Source: an uncultured Gammaproteobacteria bacterium (GTDB lineage Bacteria > Patescibacteriota > Microgenomatia > UBA12405). From it: a stretch of DNA of 64,000 bases. The notes beneath the pieces were generated by a model. The model worked only from the letters and a program-made list of their open reading frames with translations. It ran no database searches and was not told the origin of the DNA. Shown in pieces: positions 35,107-45,400 of this stretch. Within the stretch, counting starts at the first letter, position 1, and every line of letters begins with the position of its first letter. The position numbers and the translations under genes were made by a program. The stretch lies in assembly GCA_964503465.1 (NCBI GenBank), contig CAZCYZ010000002.1:6995-70994 (forward strand). Direction: 5' to 3'.

Positions 35107-35164
35107 TGGATATCCCGACGTGAAGTCGGGGCTGATGAGTCCCGCAGTTGCAGGACGAAATCCA
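35107..35164 (+). ncRNA. Hammerhead ribozyme, type III
   Basis: Stem III TGGAT/ATCCA, AUA cleavage triplet (cut after 35112), stem I TCCCGAC/GTCGGGG, core CTGATGA, stem II GTCC/GGAC, core GAAA. All conserved core nucleotides are present. Confidence 0.9.
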
Positions 35165-35195
35165 TTTAGTAAATTAATTTTTAAAAAATAAAAAT

Positions 35196-36296
35196 ATGTT
35201 TGGTGAACGAAAAAGAAATAAAGGAAAGTCGTTAGTTGTTGCTGGAGTAGCTCGAGATATAGCTTCAACCAGACCACGGGCGGAAGTGCTTATGTCGCCG
35301 AAAGAAGTGGAGAGGCGGAGACTTGCACAGGCTTGGAGGTGGTGGGACCAGGAGGGCAGGGAGAGGTCGGAGGCTGATTTGGCGGCGGCGGACCGGGCTG
35401 ATACTGAGAGAGAGGAACAAATCAGTGGTCTAAGGCGATCTTTGGATCGTAGGGAGCCAGGAGAAAGAGTTCGGAAGGTTGTCGAGTATAGGTTGAACCC
35501 AATGACTCCAGCTAGGGCTGCAAAAGAGGCGGCGGCGGTGTTGGTGGAAGAAGAGAATGACCCCGTACAAAAAATGCAATTAATAGCGAGTTTAGCAGTT
35601 GAAGAAAAAGCAGAAAGGGATAGAAGGGCTAAAGAAAAGAATGATCGCAGATTGAAAAATGAAGCTGAGTTAAGAGAATGGTTAGACGGTGGTGGTAGTC
35701 GGAAAGCATTTAAAGAAGCAGCACAGAGAGTAGCAGATATGGTTGGTGCTGGGATGACAGAAGAGCAAATGGAGCAAGCTGTTAAATTAGGCAAACATAA
35801 GGCACGTGTATTTAGGTTTGGTAAAGACGGGACTTGCGAGCAGGTTGACCAGGAGGTTGGCACAGTTGAAACTTACTTGTTGCAGGCAATTTTGGACGAA
35901 AGGAATGCCAAAAGGAGAGATGGTCACAGGAGAGCAGCCTTTGAAAGAGCTAGAGAACAGACGGGTGAAGGTGTTGCGAGTTTTTCTAGGGCTTTGGGGG
36001 GGCTGGCAGGGGAGCGGGTCGTAGGTTCACTTACTCGATTGGCACTTGCCGCAGGCGAGGAGGCAGGGAGGAGATATGACGGAAGCGTCAGACAATTAGC
36101 GGACGGTAATCCTAGAAGAGAGCAACAGGTGCAACAAAGAAGAGCGGTGGTGCAGGCGGGAGTTGACAACTCACCAGCGATGAGGATATTGCGTCGAATG
36201 GAACAAGCCTTGTCAGGTGTTCGCGACGAAGTCCATGGTTCGAGAGTTAGATTGCAGGGTCGTGGTGAAAATGAGGATGAAGATACTAGAAAATAA
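35196..36296 (+). CDS. Hypothetical Arg/Glu-rich helical protein
   Basis: 366-aa ORF, highly charged, coiled-coil-like. Confidence 0.7.
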   Translation: MFGERKRNKGKSLVVAGVARDIASTRPRAEVLMSPKEVERRRLAQAWRWWDQEGRERSEADLAAADRADTEREEQISGLRRSLDRREPGERVRKVVEYRLNPMTPARAAKEAAAVLVEEENDPVQKMQLIASLAVEEKAERDRRAKEKNDRRLKNEAELREWLDGGGSRKAFKEAAQRVADMVGAGMTEEQMEQAVKLGKHKARVFRFGKDGTCEQVDQEVGTVETYLLQAILDERNAKRRDGHRRAAFERAREQTGEGVASFSRALGGLAGERVVGSLTRLALAAGEEAGRRYDGSVRQLADGNPRREQQVQQRRAVVQAGVDNSPAMRILRRMEQALSGVRDEVHGSRVRLQGRGENEDEDTRK

Positions 36297-36319
36297 TTAT
36301 CAGTATCAACGCAATTAAG

Positions 36320-37024
36320 ATGATGAAGGAAAAGGGATTGGCGGTTTGCGGTGTTGGCGATGCTGAGTTGAGCATTTTTTTGCCGATTTTGAGGGAACGA
36401 TTGGGGTCGAGTGATGGGGGAGGGGTGAGGTCACTAGCAGTGACACGGGCCTTATTGAGTAGACTGACGAGTGGTGTCTGGTGGGAGACGGAGGGGGTTA
36501 GGTTTACGGGCTTGGTGTCCAAAGAAGGTAGCCAAAGAATGATATTGGCTATTGAGCAGGATAATTGTCGACCTGGTGGTCGAATTTACGGTGGTGGTTT
36601 TTTCCCTGGTGGAAGATCCGTGGGTTTTGTTGGTTGTGATCCAATTGACTATCTCGCTAGCTTAAGAAAACTTCCTGGGTTTAGTTGGCCAAGAATGTTT
36701 GACGCTTTTGAGAGTGACGTTTGGGAAGCGGAAGAGATTGGTAGCGAAGCGAGGAGGACGGTGATTGATTTGTGGGCAGAGGTTGTTGGCCAATTTTGGT
36801 TGGTTGAAAGATTAAACCAGGAAGGTTTACCAGTAATCTTTGTAGCTGGAGGTAGTGCCGGAAAATATTTTGATGATCTAGTATTGGGCGGCAAGATGAT
36901 GGATTTGAGGTGGAATAGAGTGGGAGGGGAGATGAGTCGGAGATGGAAAATCTTGAGAGGAGAACTGGGAAAATTGGGTAAAACCAGGGGTGAATGGCAC
37001 AGTTGGATGAGGAAGACTGACTAG
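36320..37024 (+). CDS. Hypothetical protein
   Basis: 234-aa ATG ORF, co-oriented with neighbours. Confidence 0.6.
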   Translation: MMKEKGLAVCGVGDAELSIFLPILRERLGSSDGGGVRSLAVTRALLSRLTSGVWWETEGVRFTGLVSKEGSQRMILAIEQDNCRPGGRIYGGGFFPGGRSVGFVGCDPIDYLASLRKLPGFSWPRMFDAFESDVWEAEEIGSEARRTVIDLWAEVVGQFWLVERLNQEGLPVIFVAGGSAGKYFDDLVLGGKMMDLRWNRVGGEMSRRWKILRGELGKLGKTRGEWHSWMRKTD

Positions 37025-37111
37025 CTTGTGTTATACTCCTCTGTTTAAAAATTAATTTTAATTTTGTTGTCTTCCCCGCCGCTGCGGGGCAATGATGATA
37101 ATAAAGACAAT

Positions 37112-38011
37112 ATGGCAAAAACAATCAAAAAAACAGTCAACCGGACTGGGAAAAAACTGGTAGAAAAGGCGTTAGTTATCAAAGCCAAGAAAGCGGTTAA
37201 GGTGACGGACAAAGAGGCGATTAAGAAAGCCAACGAAAGAGTTCAAAAATCTAAGATCAAGGATCAAAACTTGGATCAAAATGTAAAGTTGGTAGAAAAA
37301 GAGAGCAAGACAGAAGAGAAGACAAAACCCGAAGAAAAATATAATTTGACCATTGGACTTAAAGATCTACTTGATGCCGGATGTCACTTGGGGCATAAAG
37401 TTAGCAAGACTCATCCTAGGGCTTTGGAAAATATTTATACCGCCAAGGATGGAATACAAGTATTTGACTTGATCAAAACCCAGGCAGCACTGGAGAAAGC
37501 TTGTACATTCCTGCACAATGCCAAAAAGAGTGGTAAAAAGATAGTTTTGTTGGGAACCAAGAGGCAAGCCAGGGAAGTGGTTAAGCGGGTCGCCGAGGAA
37601 ACTGGGGTGGCTTATATTACCGATAGATGGTTGGGGGGGACAATCACCAATTGGAATCAAATTTACAAAAGTGTTAGAAGATTGGGGAGTTTACGGGAAG
37701 GGTTGTCAAAGGGAACTTTTAAAGAAGCCACCAAGAAGGAATTATTGGAGATGAACAAGGAGATGATCAAGCTGGAGCGAGTTTTGGGTGGTCTTGTTGG
37801 CCTGGAGAAAATATTTGATGTTTTATTTGTAGTTGATGTTGGGTTTGAAAAAACGGCCATTAAGGAAGCCAAGCTTAAAGGGATTAAGGTGGTAGCCATA
37901 GTGGATACTGACTCTGATCCCAATAAAGCCGATTATCCAATTCCGGCCAATGATGATTCGGTCAAATCGGTAAACATAATAGTTGAGGAAATTGGTAGAG
38001 CTTTAAAATAA
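37112..38011 (+). CDS. rpsB: 30S ribosomal protein S2 with Lys-rich N-terminal extension
   Basis: LLDAGCHLGH, GTKRQA, RWLGGT.TNW, IVDTDSDP...DYPIPANDD. Confidence 0.95.
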   Translation: MAKTIKKTVNRTGKKLVEKALVIKAKKAVKVTDKEAIKKANERVQKSKIKDQNLDQNVKLVEKESKTEEKTKPEEKYNLTIGLKDLLDAGCHLGHKVSKTHPRALENIYTAKDGIQVFDLIKTQAALEKACTFLHNAKKSGKKIVLLGTKRQAREVVKRVAEETGVAYITDRWLGGTITNWNQIYKSVRRLGSLREGLSKGTFKEATKKELLEMNKEMIKLERVLGGLVGLEKIFDVLFVVDVGFEKTAIKEAKLKGIKVVAIVDTDSDPNKADYPIPANDDSVKSVNIIVEEIGRALK

Positions 38012-38026
38012 AAATTCGTAAAAATT

Positions 38027-38485
38027 ATGGATCAAAAAGAATTAATCAATAAAGTTAAAAAACTCCGAGTTGAGCTGGGGTTGGGAATAATGGAAATTAA
38101 AGCGGCTTTGGAAGCAGGCGAAGGTGATGAGGCCAAAGCCAAAGAAATCCTAAAACAGCAGGGTTTTAAAAAAGCCGAGAAACGAGCCGAGAAAGAAACC
38201 CATCAGGGATTGGTAGCTACCTATACCCACGCCAATGGCAAGATTGGGGTGATGGTGGAACTTCTCTGCGAGACTGACTTTGTGGCCAAAAATGAAGAGT
38301 TTGTTGGAGTGGCTCATGATTTGTGTTTGCAAGTAGCGGCTACGAATCCGGAAAAGCTTGAAGATTTGCTGGAGCAGGAATTCATCAAGGACGGGAGTAG
38401 AAAAATCAAAGATTTGGTGACAGCTTTGGTGGCCAAATTTGGGGAGAACATCAGAATTGGCAGATTTGGCCGGTTTGAAATATAA
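38027..38485 (+). CDS. tsf: Elongation factor Ts (short form)
   Basis: VKKLR...G.GIME.K.AL, VELLCETDFVAKN, GENI.I.RF.RF. Confidence 0.95.
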   Translation: MDQKELINKVKKLRVELGLGIMEIKAALEAGEGDEAKAKEILKQQGFKKAEKRAEKETHQGLVATYTHANGKIGVMVELLCETDFVAKNEEFVGVAHDLCLQVAATNPEKLEDLLEQEFIKDGSRKIKDLVTALVAKFGENIRIGRFGRFEI

Positions 38486-38492
38486 TTGAGGC

Positions 38493-39044
38493 ATGATAAA
38501 TTCCCAAGATCTTAAAGTCCGGATGGACAAGATAGTTGATATTTTTGTAAATGATATTGGGACAATTCGAACTGGTAGGGCAACTCCGGGGTTGATTGAG
38601 AATATTGTGGTGACGGTTTATGGGACTCAAAAAATGCGTTTGATTGAACTGGGGAGTATCGGGGTGCCGGATGTGCGATCGCTAACTTTTCAACCTTGGG
38701 ATACAGCGGCTATCAGGGAAATCGCCAATGGAATACAGGCGGCCAATTTGGGGTTTAACCCGGTAGTTGATGGGGCCATAATTCGGATTGCCCTGCCAAT
38801 GTTGACGGTGGAGCAACGGGAAGAATATGTCAAACTATTGGGACGGAAGCTTGAGGGGGCGAGAAATTTGATTCGGGATGCCCGAGGGGATGAGCGACGA
38901 AAAGTGATGGAGGCAAAAAATAACAAAACGATTAGTGAGGATGAATTCAAGCGTGACGAAGCAGAGCTTCAAAAAATGACTGATGAGTATATTGGTCGAC
39001 TGGAAGAGATAAGTAAGAAAAAGGAAATTGAAATCAGGGGATAG
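38493..39044 (+). CDS. frr: Ribosome recycling factor
   Basis: IRTGRATP, QPWD, NLGFNP..DG..IRI.LP.LT.E.R, ISEDE. Confidence 0.96.
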   Translation: MINSQDLKVRMDKIVDIFVNDIGTIRTGRATPGLIENIVVTVYGTQKMRLIELGSIGVPDVRSLTFQPWDTAAIREIANGIQAANLGFNPVVDGAIIRIALPMLTVEQREEYVKLLGRKLEGARNLIRDARGDERRKVMEAKNNKTISEDEFKRDEAELQKMTDEYIGRLEEISKKKEIEIRG

Positions 39045-39047
39045 GGA

Positions 39048-40100
39048 TTATTTTCTAATCAGGCGGAGAACATCACTGGCGGTGATAAGGAATATTAGGG
39101 AGAGAAGAATTAACATGCCGGCTTGATTAACGAAGGCCTCAAATTTTTGATTGGCGGGTTTTTTGCGAATTAGTTCGTAGATCACAAAAATAATTCGGCC
39201 GCCGTCGAGGGCAGGGAAGGGGAGAATGTTAACGATTGCCAGATTAACTGAAACCACGCCAAAGAAATGAGCCACGGCCAGCAGCCCCTGATTTTTTTTG
39301 ATACTACTAGTGGCTTGGTACATGCCAATTGGTCCAGAGACGTCGGAGGGAAGGTGGCCGGAAACCAAACCAGCAATCATGTTAAAGACACCACCAGCAA
39401 TAATTTTTCCCCAATAAAAAGCCTCTTTGAAGCCAGCACCAATACCGAGGTAGAACTGGTACCAACGGACTTTAACTAATTCGGTGTTGGAGATAGTAAC
39501 TCCCATGGAACCTTCACCTTCGGGAGGGTTGTCGCGAACTTTAACCAGAACAACCCGGCCTTGACCATTTTTGTCTTCAACCCACAAAACGACCTCTTTG
39601 CCCTTGTATTGACCAACTTTGGTAGTTAGTTCGCTAGATTTAACGATAGGTTGACCTTCAACTTCACGAATCCAGTCATCTTCCTTGAGCCCGGATTCTT
39701 GAGCAGGGCTGTTGGGGGCAATACCAATAATTTTGACCTTATCCGTTTCCCGGGGAACACCAAGGATAGTGTAAACGATGGCAAAAATAGTGATGGCCAA
39801 GATAATATTCATCAGGACACCGCCAATGACGATAAGACCTTTTTGATAGGGGTTTTTGTGGTTAAAAGAATCACGGCCAGTAGCGGCGCTGTCTTCACCG
39901 TAAAGTTTACAGAAACCGCCAATGGGAAGCCAGTTAAGACTCCAGATAGTGTGGCCGATTTTTCGACCCCAGATTTTGGGTGGTAGTCCGAGGCCAAACT
40001 CCTCGACTCGGACTCCGGTAAGCCTGGCGGCACAGTAGTGACCAAGTTCGTGAACCAAAACCAGAACCGATAAAGCCAAAACGAAAACAATAAGATCCAT
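39048..40100 (-). CDS. rseP: RseP-like intramembrane metalloprotease (M50, PDZ)
   Basis: HELGHY, EEFGLG, LPIGGF, PDZ domain, SGPIG, NILPFPALDGGR. Confidence 0.93.
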   Translation of the reverse strand: MDLIVFVLALSVLVLVHELGHYCAARLTGVRVEEFGLGLPPKIWGRKIGHTIWSLNWLPIGGFCKLYGEDSAATGRDSFNHKNPYQKGLIVIGGVLMNIILAITIFAIVYTILGVPRETDKVKIIGIAPNSPAQESGLKEDDWIREVEGQPIVKSSELTTKVGQYKGKEVVLWVEDKNGQGRVVLVKVRDNPPEGEGSMGVTISNTELVKVRWYQFYLGIGAGFKEAFYWGKIIAGGVFNMIAGLVSGHLPSDVSGPIGMYQATSSIKKNQGLLAVAHFFGVVSVNLAIVNILPFPALDGGRIIFVIYELIRKKPANQKFEAFVNQAGMLILLSLIFLITASDVLRLIRK

Positions 40101-40152
40101 GAGGACAATTATCAATTACGAATTACGAATTAGCAATTACGAAAATAAAAGT

Positions 40153-40207
40153 TCCTCCCTTTCTTCAAGGGGAGATGTCCCGAGCTTGTCGAGGGACGGA
40201 GGGGTTT
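40153..40207. repeat. Intergenic family B element with a nested second hairpin
   Basis: Matches 2029-2066 (reverse complement) at both ends; GTCCC-GAGCTTGTCGA-GGGAC sits in the middle. Confidence 0.7.
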
Positions 40208-41572
40208 TTAAAATGGACTTAACTCAAGCAAAACAGCAGTGTTGGGATCAAAGTAAATATTGGTCATGAAACGGTTACTAACAACGTTAAGGCTTTGACT
40301 AGTGGTGGCACCAAGATATTTGGTGGTTTTGAGTTGATATTTACCCGGGTTAAGACCGTTGAAGGTGACAGGAACGGTTTCAACATGTTGACCGCGCGGG
40401 TCGTAGTTGACCAGTAAGGTTTGGATAACTCCATTATTGAGGGAAGATATTGAGGTAACGTGGGAACCATCACCACTACTACTTAACCGTTGACCGGCAA
40501 GTTGATTTAGGAATTGGAGGGCGTAGTAGCGGGGTTTGATTTTGGCACCGCTACTGGGGTGAGTAATCAAGCCCCAGCCGGAGGATTTGTCCGATCGGGG
40601 GGAAGGACCATCGACCGGTTCGAAAGTAAAAAGACGATGAATTTTGCCTGACAGTCGGGTAGAAAGAGAAATAAGATGAATACCAGAAAGGGAGTTGTCA
40701 TACCAGGGGTCGGGTTCGGGGTTGGGGCCAACTTCGGTGATTAAACGTTCAATGTCAAAATATTGAGGATAATCGTCAAGAATACTGTTGAGGTTTTCGA
40801 AATCGTTGTCGTAGTCATCGGGGTTTTTGGAATATTTGTGCCAGGAAATAAAATCAAGCCGGAGACGGTTAGTGGAAGCAGTTTTGAACAACGCTTTGAT
40901 CCAATTACTGTAGTAGGCGGTGATGGCTGGACCACCAATCTTGTAGGAGGTAGAACCGGCACCGTCAACAATGGCTTTGGCGGTTTGGGTATAAAGGGTG
41001 GAGTAGGAAGGGGATTTGCCGTAATGCCAACCACCAAACAAATCGGGTTCATTCCAAACCTCGTAGTAAATACCACTAATTTTCTTTTCGACTGAATAAC
41101 GGTAAGCGGTGGCTTTGACTAGTTGATACCACTGGTTCCAGTCGCTAGGTTCACCGGCGTTCTGGCCATTCTTGGCCATAGAGGCAGTGGTGTAGGAGAC
41201 AGATAGCATTGGTCGGGCGCCAGTGGCCAAGATACTATTAATTACAGTGTCAAGCTTGGAGAAATCGTAGTTTCCTGGTCCCTGATAAACCTGATAATAG
41301 TCAAAGAGATGGTCGACACGGATAAGTTGGGGCTGAAGAGCGCGAACTTGGTTGATAATTGGGCCAATCATGTCTAGAGGTTCTTCTCCGCCTTGGGACA
41401 GGTTTCGCCAAAGAGAGGAGGGAACTTTGCCTTGGATTGATTTGGTGTCGATACTAATGTTAGCTGGAGTGGGAGCGGCAGATTTGCGAAGATCAATGAC
41501 AGTTTTGACTCCAAAAATAAGGAGTGGCAGAGCCAGTAGCAATAGTATGGTCTTAATAGTTTTGTTGGCCAT
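40208..41572 (-). CDS. Secreted or anchored glycoside hydrolase, GH39-like (clan GH-A)
   Basis: N-terminal TM; YDFSKLD, YEVWNEPD (acid/base), KIGGPA, DFISWH.Y, ITE (nucleophile). Confidence 0.85.
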   Translation of the reverse strand: MANKTIKTILLLLALPLLIFGVKTVIDLRKSAAPTPANISIDTKSIQGKVPSSLWRNLSQGGEEPLDMIGPIINQVRALQPQLIRVDHLFDYYQVYQGPGNYDFSKLDTVINSILATGARPMLSVSYTTASMAKNGQNAGEPSDWNQWYQLVKATAYRYSVEKKISGIYYEVWNEPDLFGGWHYGKSPSYSTLYTQTAKAIVDGAGSTSYKIGGPAITAYYSNWIKALFKTASTNRLRLDFISWHKYSKNPDDYDNDFENLNSILDDYPQYFDIERLITEVGPNPEPDPWYDNSLSGIHLISLSTRLSGKIHRLFTFEPVDGPSPRSDKSSGWGLITHPSSGAKIKPRYYALQFLNQLAGQRLSSSGDGSHVTSISSLNNGVIQTLLVNYDPRGQHVETVPVTFNGLNPGKYQLKTTKYLGATTSQSLNVVSNRFMTNIYFDPNTAVLLELSPF

Positions 41573-41579
41573 GGATAAT

Positions 41580-42284
41580 TTATTCTAGCGTTATTTTGGT
41601 AAAAATGGCTTTGTGATCGGAATAGAATTTTGGTTGAGGTAAATATTGTGATTGGTAAGACTTTAGTTTTTTCCCCCAGTAAAATATGTAGTCAAGTTTG
41701 CGAAAATCTTTTGGGCGGTTGTGAGAACCACCAAGTTGACTGGTGAGGTCTGTCCAGGGAATTGTGTGATATGCCTGACTTGTGGGGGTGAAGTTGAGGT
41801 CACCAGAGATTATAAAACTGCTTTGTGGGTCAGTAATTGATGTTTCTTGGATAAAATTGTTGAGTTCGGTGATTTGGGAAAGATGAACTGCTTGGTCACG
41901 GTAGTTTTCGCCAAAATAGGTGGCAGTTAAGTGGGTGTTAATAATGTATAACTTGAGAGAAATAATGTGGCTAATTGAAAATCCCATTCCTAGTAGTCGT
42001 CCGGTTACTTGAAGATTAAATAATTTGCCCTGCTTTTTGAATTTGTTGAATTTGAAATCAGAGAATTGGGTGAGTCGGTGGTGAACTAGAGTAATCAAAT
42101 CACTTTTAATTGGGGTCCTGTGGTAGAACGGTTTAATTTTCTGGAGTCGAAAACGTTGTGGGGGAGTGAAGAACTCTTGGAGAGTGACAATATCTGGTTG
42201 AAATTGAAGTATTTGATGTATAAATCGCTGACTATACGGAGAAAGGAAACAACTGTTGAGGGAATAGATGGTGATGCTTTTCAT
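41580..42284 (-). CDS. Endonuclease/exonuclease/phosphatase-family protein
   Basis: SLN, DIVTLQE, NTHL, SGDLN, LDYIF, SDH. Confidence 0.85.
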   Translation of the reverse strand: MKSITIYSLNSCFLSPYSQRFIHQILQFQPDIVTLQEFFTPPQRFRLQKIKPFYHRTPIKSDLITLVHHRLTQFSDFKFNKFKKQGKLFNLQVTGRLLGMGFSISHIISLKLYIINTHLTATYFGENYRDQAVHLSQITELNNFIQETSITDPQSSFIISGDLNFTPTSQAYHTIPWTDLTSQLGGSHNRPKDFRKLDYIFYWGKKLKSYQSQYLPQPKFYSDHKAIFTKITLE

Positions 42285-42413
42285 GATTATAAAGAATATA
42301 TCATTATTAGATACTACTAATGTAGTAGATTTGGCCCTACCTTTTGACCTATTGACGCGATTTTGAAAACAGGTAAACTTTTTTCAGACTATATTAAGGT
42401 TAAAAATAACAAA

Positions 42414-45400
42414 ATGAATAAAATCTTTCGAAGGATAGGTAGTAATAGTGGTTTGGCTCAAATTCCCTTGGTAATTGGTTTGTTGATAATGGCGGTGGCA
42501 ATACCAGTAGCTACCAAATTAAGTCAGACGGAACAGGATACAAGAGATAAGGCGGCTGCTAAGGTATGTACTGTGGGAAATTTGGGAACTCGTTGTACTA
42601 ATAGTAGTGGTCAGTCTTGTCAGGAATATAGATTAGCGAATTGCGATATTTTATGTAATCAAAATTGTACTGGTGGGGGTGGAGGAAGTACTCCAAAGTT
42701 GCCAAAACCGACTAGTGGTGGCGGTGGAGGATCGACTTGTGAAGCTGGTCGTGAGAACGTTGGTTGCGGGAAAACCGGGCGAGTGAGTGGTGATTGTCGA
42801 CAAGCGGTGACATTTAACTGCTCAAGTAATCAGATGGGAGTTTTGGAAATTAGCAGGGATTGTACTTGTCGGGCGACTTGTGTTAATTCGTCTTCTTGTG
42901 CTGAACCAACCTCTCCACCCCGGGCAACTAATACACCAGAACCGTCATGTCAGGCGGGTCGTCAGGAGTTTTTGGGTGAATGTGGCAAGAAAGGTCGGGT
43001 GTCTACTATAAGGTTTGGATCGAGGTCGTATGAATGCGCCCAGCCGGTGGATTTTAATTGTCAGAGTGGACAAATTGGAGTTATTGAAATGGCTGGACCA
43101 AATTGTGTTTGTAGTGCCAGGTGTTTGAACGAATCTACTTGTGCCGCGGCCACGCCGACTACTAGACCAACTTCTCGACCAACTTCGACTTCGACTCCTC
43201 GGCCGACCACAGCTTGTGTTCGAAATGGATTAACGACAGGCTCAACGTCGAATTGTTGTAGTAAAAGTAGTGTTACTTATGCTGGTACTGGTGGGAGTCT
43301 TGTCACCTGTTGTGCTGCTAATGGAACAGTGGCGGAAAATAAGGCTGAATGTTGTAGTGGTAATGGGACAGTGATCACAGGTGGGCGGGACCAAGGTGCT
43401 TATACTTGTGGTGCTGCGCCAACCTCTACTCCTAGACCGACAGCTACTCCGACAGCGTCAAATTTGGGGAGTTGTGCCGCCACTTCAAGCCATCCAGTAA
43501 TGGCTAATGGTGAGACCTACTGTCAGAGTCCGTATCTTCTTGGTTCTCGAGCTTGGGCTTGTAACAATGGTACGGCAACAGTGAGAACAAACTATTTGAA
43601 TACCCGAAATTGTGACGGTAATGTCCCAACCGGGTTGCCAGTGGGTAACTGTGCTGCCACTGGTAATCATCCAGAGATGACTAATGGTGGATCCTATTGT
43701 CAGACCCCTTATTTGGCTGGTTCCAGAAGGTGGACTTGTAACAATGGGGATGCAACCATATCGCGTAATTTCTTGGCTACTAGAAATTGTGAAGAGACTG
43801 TTCCGACTGGAGCAGGAGGGAGTTGTACAGCAACTACCAATACTCCAGCTCTAGCTAATGGTGAGTCTTATTGTCAGAGTCCTTATTTGGCTGGTTCCAG
43901 AAGGTGGACTTGTAACAATGGAGTAGTATCGGTATCTCATGACTTTTTATTGACTAGAAATTGTAGTGGAACAGTGCCGACTGGATTACCGGCGGGTAAC
44001 TGTGCTGCGTCGCCAAATCATCCGGCCATGACTAACGGTCAGTCTTATTGTCAAAGTCCGTATCTTTTGGGATCAAGAGTTTGGACTTGTAGTAATGGAG
44101 ATGCAGTAATAACTAATAATTACGAGGCGACTCGAAATTGTAATGGAACTATTCCAACAGGATTACCGGCAGGTAACTGTCCGGCCACTTCAAGCCATCC
44201 AGTAATGGCTAATGGTGAGACCTACTGTCAGAGTCCGTATCTTCTTGGTTCTCGAGCTTGGGCTTGTAACAATGGTACGGCAACAGTGAGAACAAACTAT
44301 TTGAATACCCGAAATTGTGACGGTAATGTCCCAACCGGGTTGCCAGTGGGTAACTGTGCTGCCACTGGTAATCATCCAGAGATGACTAATGGTGGATCCT
44401 ATTGTCAGACCCCTTATTTGGCTGGTTCCAGAAGGTGGACTTGTAACAATGGGGATGCAACCATATCGCGTAATTTCTTGGCTACTAGAAATTGTGAAGA
44501 GACTGTTCCGACTGGAGCAGGAGGGAGTTGTACAGCAACTACCAATACTCCAGCTCTAGCTAATGGTGAGTCTTATTGTCAGAGTCCTTACAGATTAGGA
44601 TCAAGAAGATGGCATTGCGACAATGGGGTGGTATCGGTGGAGTCTATATATCTTCTTACTAGAGATTGTCGGGGAACCGTGCCAACTGGAACGACTCCGG
44701 GAAATTGTGCCGCGACTGACGAGACTCCGGTTTTGACTAACGGTCAGTCTTATTGTCAAAGTCCGTATAGGTTGGGGTCAAGAAGATGGGTTTGTAACAA
44801 TGGGGTGGTATCGGTAACAAATAATTATTTGACTACAGCCAATTGTGCCAGTTCATCACTGACTCCAATTCCTGGTTGTGTGATAGTCAATCCTTTAGGA
44901 GGGTGTCTATTAACACAAACAGCGATTGACAATCTAAACGAGTGTAGTGCGATAAGCTCTTTGCCTATTAGTAGCAGTTTGAGGGCGAGTGTATGTAGTG
45001 CTGTTGGTTTGAGGGCAGTGTTACCACTTCATTGTCAATGGTCAAATGGAAGTTGTGTACCTCGTTACAATGTCAATCCTTTTACTTGTAAAGTTGGAGG
45101 AGTGGCTGGTGTCTGTACTACTCGAAGTAACTGTAGTGGAACCTTTGACCAAACACAGGTTGTTGACTGTGGCGGTGCTCTAGGGCCTTTGTATACTGTT
45201 CTGGGTGTTGGCTGTTGTGTGACTGGAGGCACTGGAGGAATAGTAACTCCAATTCCGGGTTGTATTGTTGCTAATCCGGCTGGTGGTTGTTGGTTGACCC
45301 AGGCTGATTTGAATAATCTTAATGAGTGTAGTGCGATAAATTCTATTCCCTACATAGGGGCGAGTTTAAAGTCAAGTATCTGTAGTGCAGTGGGACTTAG

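Noticed and set aside
24490-37024. Prophage or ICE call for the accessory region
   Set aside because: No integrase, relaxase, terminase, capsid or att repeats seen; VirD4-like ATPases of this type are common chromosomal genes in CPR.
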